DNA of 53,437 bases, counting the filler, from Sphacelaria rigidula (lineage: Eukaryota): the NCBI GenBank assembly GCA_964200075.2. It is 4 parts of 4 records of this genome, joined end to end, with 100 filler letters (N's around TTAATTAATTAA, not from the genome) between each part and the next. Parts side by side here need not be neighbours in the genome. Positions count along the whole stretch, not along the records: positions 40,154 to 53,437 come from CAXNAA020002995.1; 3 more parts are not named here. One strand, 5' to 3'. Positions 48,309 to 53,437 of this stretch are shown here, piece by piece (positions within the stretch are counted from its first letter, which is position 1; each line of letters opens with the position of its first letter). Both the position numbers and the translations under genes were made by a program. The notes under the pieces are model-generated. The model did no database searches. It worked only from the letters and a program-made list of their open reading frames with translations, and had not been told where the DNA came from.

Positions 48309-48670
48309 GCCGGCCGCCCCGGTGGCAAAGCTGGTGACCTCGAAACCTCCTGTTGGTTGGGTCGTGAGTTCGAATCTTGAAGCGATCTGGGATTTTTTCT
48401 CACATAATGCCCAACAGTGAAGAGCGACTTTGTCGTGGGTACACAAAATTCGACTGAAAAGTCGACTGAAAAGTCGACGAGGGAAAGGGACTGCTGAGTC
48501 CCTCTCGCGGTTGAAAATAAAGGCGAGCACCGCAGGTGGAAGGTGGAGAACTAGAACAAACAAGAAAAAAAAACCCTGTGTTGGCCTTCCTCCTGTGTGA
48601 CCCCGGCTGGTGCACCCACATATACCGAAAGGTGTAGACCGGCGTCCAGTATAGATGGGATGACAACACG
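48309..48670 (+). mobile_element. tRNA-derived SINE, copy D
   Basis: gccggccgccccggtggcaaagctgg...gagttcgaatc; ends gtatagatgggatgac plus an ACA-rich tail. Confidence 0.85.
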
Positions 48671-50429
48671 CAACAACACACCACCAGAAACAACGCAAAC
48701 GTACGAGCCAAGCAAAAAGACAGCGACCGATAAGAGAAGACAGGGGTAGATCCGTGTCTGTGTTAACCCCGGTTCCCCCGAAGCTCTAGCCAGTCGAAAT
48801 CTCAATTCCCCTTGCTATGGTGTTTCCAGACTGAAGCGATGCTTCCCAGCGAGGTGTGAGAGGGACTTTCTTTCTGTTGTAACTTTGTCGTCTGAGGGAC
48901 GCGACCTTATTACAGGATTTCACCGAAGCGACCTCGATGAAACTGTTGTGGCAGTGGCTCGTCATGGTGGGATTGTCGTCATACGGCTCAGAGGCGGCAC
49001 TGGATGTCAAGACTATCCACGTGCAGAGCTCTCACATGAACGTATTTGAACCGAAGGGCCAAGGTGAAACTCTCACACACGGCCATCTCTGAAAGTTTCG
49101 CATCATCATCCTTGAGCCGGGCACAAGTCTCACATGACCATCTTTCAAGCGGACGGCAAAGGTGAAGAATCGTACGCCATCATGTTTGAACATGGTGGAC
49201 ACATCAAATAGACGCGCGCGCGCGCGGAATTCCTGACACGTGAAATACAGTAGATCGTGCGTACAGTATTATCTCACGAATTTCTTCCTTTGCGCCATGT
49301 GCGTGAGATCAGCATACGGAGTACCCGAGCTCTGACAGTGTGCGCACAAAAACGATCCCGTTACGTGAAAATGTGCCGATCAGGAGGAGACGGCTGAAAT
49401 CACGTTTGTCGCGTACAGCATCCATACGATGCTTGGAAATTCTTGACAATGCATACATGTGTGCAATGTACACCGCCAGTGCCACTGACATGCAGTACAC
49501 GGCTACATAGTAAATATGCCGTCCGAACAGGAGCGGACTCGGATCATAGGTGTTGTTGGAAGTCCAGCAGAAATCGTTACCTCATTGGTGCATATCTACG
49601 ATCAACTCGTTCTTGACCAGTTGGTTTCTCTTTCGAGGTGACCCATCTTCGCCGCACATATTTCAGTGGTTGACAGGATGACGTCATGTATGTCTAGGGT
49701 GGGCGGATAATACGGGTGAGTAAGTAGGCGCGCCCTAAAATATCAATCCAACGCGTATCGCGGTGCGACTTGCGTATTTGTTGCTACGACAACCGCTGCA
49801 TTGTCGGGCAAGAGCACAACCAGCGGGGTTCGCGGTGTGCTCGCACCATTCGCACGGACGGGGTGGTAGCGTCACAAAAACCTACAACAATTTATCCGAA
49901 TCCAGCATATTTGGTGCTTAGCCAAAATGGCGAATGCGTGTGATCTTAGGGTTGTGACCCGACGTATAATTTTCGAGAGTCCGAGGCTACGGATAATTTT
50001 TCTCTAGTTCTGTGCTGCTAGTCACATCGTGTGACTCGAGAATACTAATTGTAAACAAAGACTCTTGGAATGCCATGCGAGGGAGCGTTTCGCGAACGGA
50101 CGTTAACCCGCAGACCGCGAGGGTAGTCCATCTGAATCATGCATACAACAGGCTGGATTCGTTTTCGAGGTTCAACATTTAGGTGAGGTTCAACTGACCA
50201 TCGAAATTTCATTTGTTTCGTCCAAAAGGCTCGGGATTCGCAAGCGGTTTCGACCATGTAACCCTAACCCAGAAGTTTCTGCACGGCAGCGCAAGCATGA
50301 TGATGAGCAGTCCAACAGAAAAACCGCCGTAATTCATTGTGCGGCATCTTTTGAGCAACCCCTTCCTGCGTCCAAGCGCTACGGAACACGTAACAAAGCA
50401 TGCTGAAAATATGCTTCTTTGGACTAGTC

Positions 50430-52780
50430 ATCGAGTTTTCGAGGGACTTTTGTTGAGTATCTGAAAAAGACTTGATACTGTTGCGACGGCGACAGACGCC
50501 AGCGATCTTCGAAACGCAGCATCATTCAGCAGTCTGCTGAGACATACCAGCACACCAGAGTACAGCAGCACTACAGTACAGCCGTTAGTTGGATAAAATG
50601 GATGCCCCACAATAAAGCTGCACACACACACAACGGGGGTAAGGACTAGTCCCACGCTTGGGGTTGTTTCGCCAGTAGTGCCCATGCGAGACGCTTCATC
50701 CAGTCTGAACCAGCTATCACGCCTTGCATGGCCCCTTCCGCCGTGGCTGTGTTGAGAACCGGTTTCGCGGTGAGGCTGTCGAACAATACTACTGTAGTGC
50801 AACGCGCTTGCAAAAGCCGAGCCGTTTCTTTGAATTTAGAACCCGCATCAGCTGTAGTTTGAATATCCCTCCTGGCGGTCCCAAACGGGGTCTGATCCAG
50901 CGACGGAGAGCGCTGGCACCCTCCCCCTCAGATAGGATTTGTGACAACTGTGGGGGTATTTGAGGAACATCGCTCGGAATGAAACATGTAGAATAGTATT
51001 CAGAGGGTATCGCAGTACATATTTCCCTGTTCAAAATCGAAAATTCCTTGCTTGAACGTTTTATACCCGTTACAATGAACGACTGTTTTCCAAGAAAACC
51101 ATCTGTTATTTCAGGACTTCCCCTGGGGTCTAATCCTAACCCTGAGGTTGTCCGAAACGTGTCCACATTGATAGGCTGCGTCAAGCGTTTGATCGTCGGG
51201 CATAGCGAATGAAGCCGTCCACCGAGTTCCTCACTTGTAATGTTGTTCAAAGCTCTGTGCGTGCTTGCTGTGCGAAAACTCTCTGCGAAAACTCTCTACG
51301 GAAACTCTCTGCGTGCTTGCCGTGCGACGGTGCCGTCTAGCACAGTACTTGGATCAAGTACCAGTAACGGCCGATGACCGCGCCATGTTTCCACGGGAGG
51401 CCAGCTACCGTGGGGATCACACTCGTTATCGAGTTGTTGGGTCTCTAAGTTTGTGCGTGTAGTGCGGAGCACATACAAGTTCCTAGCTCTAGATCGAGAG
51501 AGATTCTCGTGGAAATCAGACCGCTAGCAAGCCGCGGGCTGTGGAGATTGTGCTCTTGTAGGTGCTGTCTAGGGAACTCCAGGAAAATTCTAGGAACGTC
51601 AGGAACGTGCTCTCAGTGCGCAAAATCTGAGAAAATGATTCGCGGGATCGATGCGTTTAGTGGAGAGCTTTCCAACGAATGCAGGTCGCGTCCCGTAGTA
51701 GTACGTCGCCAACCGGAAGCAGCTCGAAACGTGATTTCCTAAAACTGTGTGAACTTTATCCCTGGCTAAAGCATCCGCATGATGCAAAGAGTTTGCATCG
51801 ATTCGCGGAGAGTGTCATTGCTGTTTGATGCACACGTGCCGATGTTCTGAACTATATTCTTAAGCAACGGCGACGTTATCGTTCCCGCGCCTGGCCAGAA
51901 GGGACACCGTGATGCTCAGAACAAGTATAATCGCACGCATTTCTATTCAAACGAGCTCTGTACAATTGCGACTACAACGGATGTATGTATACGGCAACGA
52001 AACGGTCGTTTCGGTCCCCACGGTCGCAAGGAAGCTCCATGCACTCACTCGAAATAAGCATGTTGAGGTGTTCATGTGTTTTGTGATGTTGGAAGGAGGC
52101 GCACCCCGTGTCTCACTCCTCAATTCAACCTCTTCGATTATCAAACCAACTTCAGCTTTTTCTTCATCCAGTAGACCTTGCGAAATGCACGTAAACAATG
52201 GTTGGTACTCGATCTTGCTTGATTTCAGACTGAAGAAAGCTCTGAAAAAAATTCTGATCTGGTGCGCAGGTGAGCAGTGGTGGGCAGTAGACCCAGCTCG
52301 TCCAGAACGTGTTTTGGTCCATAATCGGCTGAAAGGCGTCGATTTGAGCTCTGGCAACGCACACTGTGCCTGGAGAATACTTTGCACCCCCCTTGCCCGA
52401 GGGTTCTCGGTACGCCTTGGTCAGGGTTAAGGCTAGGGTTAGCGTTAGGGTTGGTGGCATCTCCATAGTACCAACCATTTTTTACGTACATTTCCTCAGG
52501 TACCCCCTCTTCATCATCATCATTATCGCCATCTTCTTCCCGTAACCCTTTGGGAACCCATTGACGATGATTCTTGTATTTTTGTGGATCAGCATCATTT
52601 CGACTTGAAAAATGACTGAAAATGCTGCCGATTCACAAGAACGAAAATCGTCAGTGGGTTCCAAAAGGGTTAATAAAGTTGGCACCGTTTCTCCGTAGAA
52701 AATCACGTTGTACACGCCTTACACACGAGCTTCGGTGTACTGTACGCATACACCACGGGCACGTCCCTCACGGGATTCCC
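50430..52780 (-). pseudogene. Probable decayed hAT transposase
   Basis: Motif remnants in hAT order across frames: KLVCKAC (BED-like, about 52720), RDPTTR* (D..TRW-like, about 51435), LDPR (about 51125), SADC..AG..RRNS (dimerisation-like, about 50500). Confidence 0.4.
52423..52452 (+). repeat. Degenerate interstitial telomeric-type repeat
   Basis: agggttaaggctagggttagcgttagggtt. Confidence 0.65.
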
Positions 52781-53437
52781 CACGCGGTAGCGTTTCGAGA
52801 TCACATAGGATACCAAGTGAGCGAATGCAGCAGACCACCGGCATTCCCTCCTTTTCATTAGCCACTTTGCGAGTCTTCGGCGAGGAGAGGTCTTGCAGGG
52901 GTGATCTTTTTCGCCGGCGAGCGGCGAGGATATCTGTGTGTACCTTTTGTTCGCGTATCTCCTCCGTGTGTTGGGGGTTGCCAAACCGTCCCTCTTGGCA
53001 GGAGATTTTTACGTGACTTCGTGGACTTCAGTGGATAGTTACCTACCGTTTTCTAATCCCCCACCAATTTTCCCACGTTTTGTTGCTCGCTCAACTTCGG
53101 GGGAGTTTTTTATTTTATTTCGTCGTGGTGGTAGGCACTAGGATTCGACCCGGAGGCTTTCTGCCCATGAAACACACACAGTCATCTCACAGGCGTCACT
53201 GATGTTAAAAAGGTGATGAAATCGTCGGCGAACGCTCGTGAAGTAACACTCCTTTTATGTTGTAGTATCCACACATGTGTGTGGATATACTTCGTGCAGG
53301 AATCACTACAGGACGATTCAAATAAGCTTAAAATCAGCGTGTATTCCCTTGGGACATACATACTGCAATACGGGGGGTGTACTCATGATCATGCTTGCCA
53401 TAGTCGTAAGACCATTGACCTCGCATCCCTACAAAGC

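Noticed and set aside
47848-48403. Hydrophobic or Lys-rich ORFs (membrane-protein-like)
   Set aside because: They are translations of an A-rich low-complexity tract and SINE sequence.

Overview
Repeat-rich eukaryotic genomic DNA, most likely from a brown alga (inferred from long GT-AG introns, TTAGGG motifs and the repeat families; not verified). The window is not one locus. It is four separate contigs of almost identical length (1-13285, 13386-26669, 26770-40053, 40154-53437; 13285/13284/13284/13284 bp) joined by 100-bp N44-TTAATTAATTAA-N44 linkers. Contig 1 holds a decayed Ty1/copia retrotransposon on the minus strand, MITEs and a 102-nt hairpin. Contig 2 is a dense field of non-autonomous DNA transposons and SINEs, plus one exon of a Deg7/Nma111-type HtrA protease. 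Contig 3 holds four phase-consistent exons of an L-fucokinase/GDP-L-fucose pyrophosphorylase family gene. Its 7.3-kb intron carries two Helitron-like elements with OTU-protease remnants (one also has tandem OB-fold-like repeats) and a mosaic duplication with telomeric repeats at a junction. Contig 4 holds a second decayed copia with LTR and PPT followed directly by another gag-like fragment, two SINEs, a Stowaway-like MITE and a probable hAT transposase relic. Most short ORFs in the supplied track are spurious. All protein calls are by motif recognition only; no database search was run.
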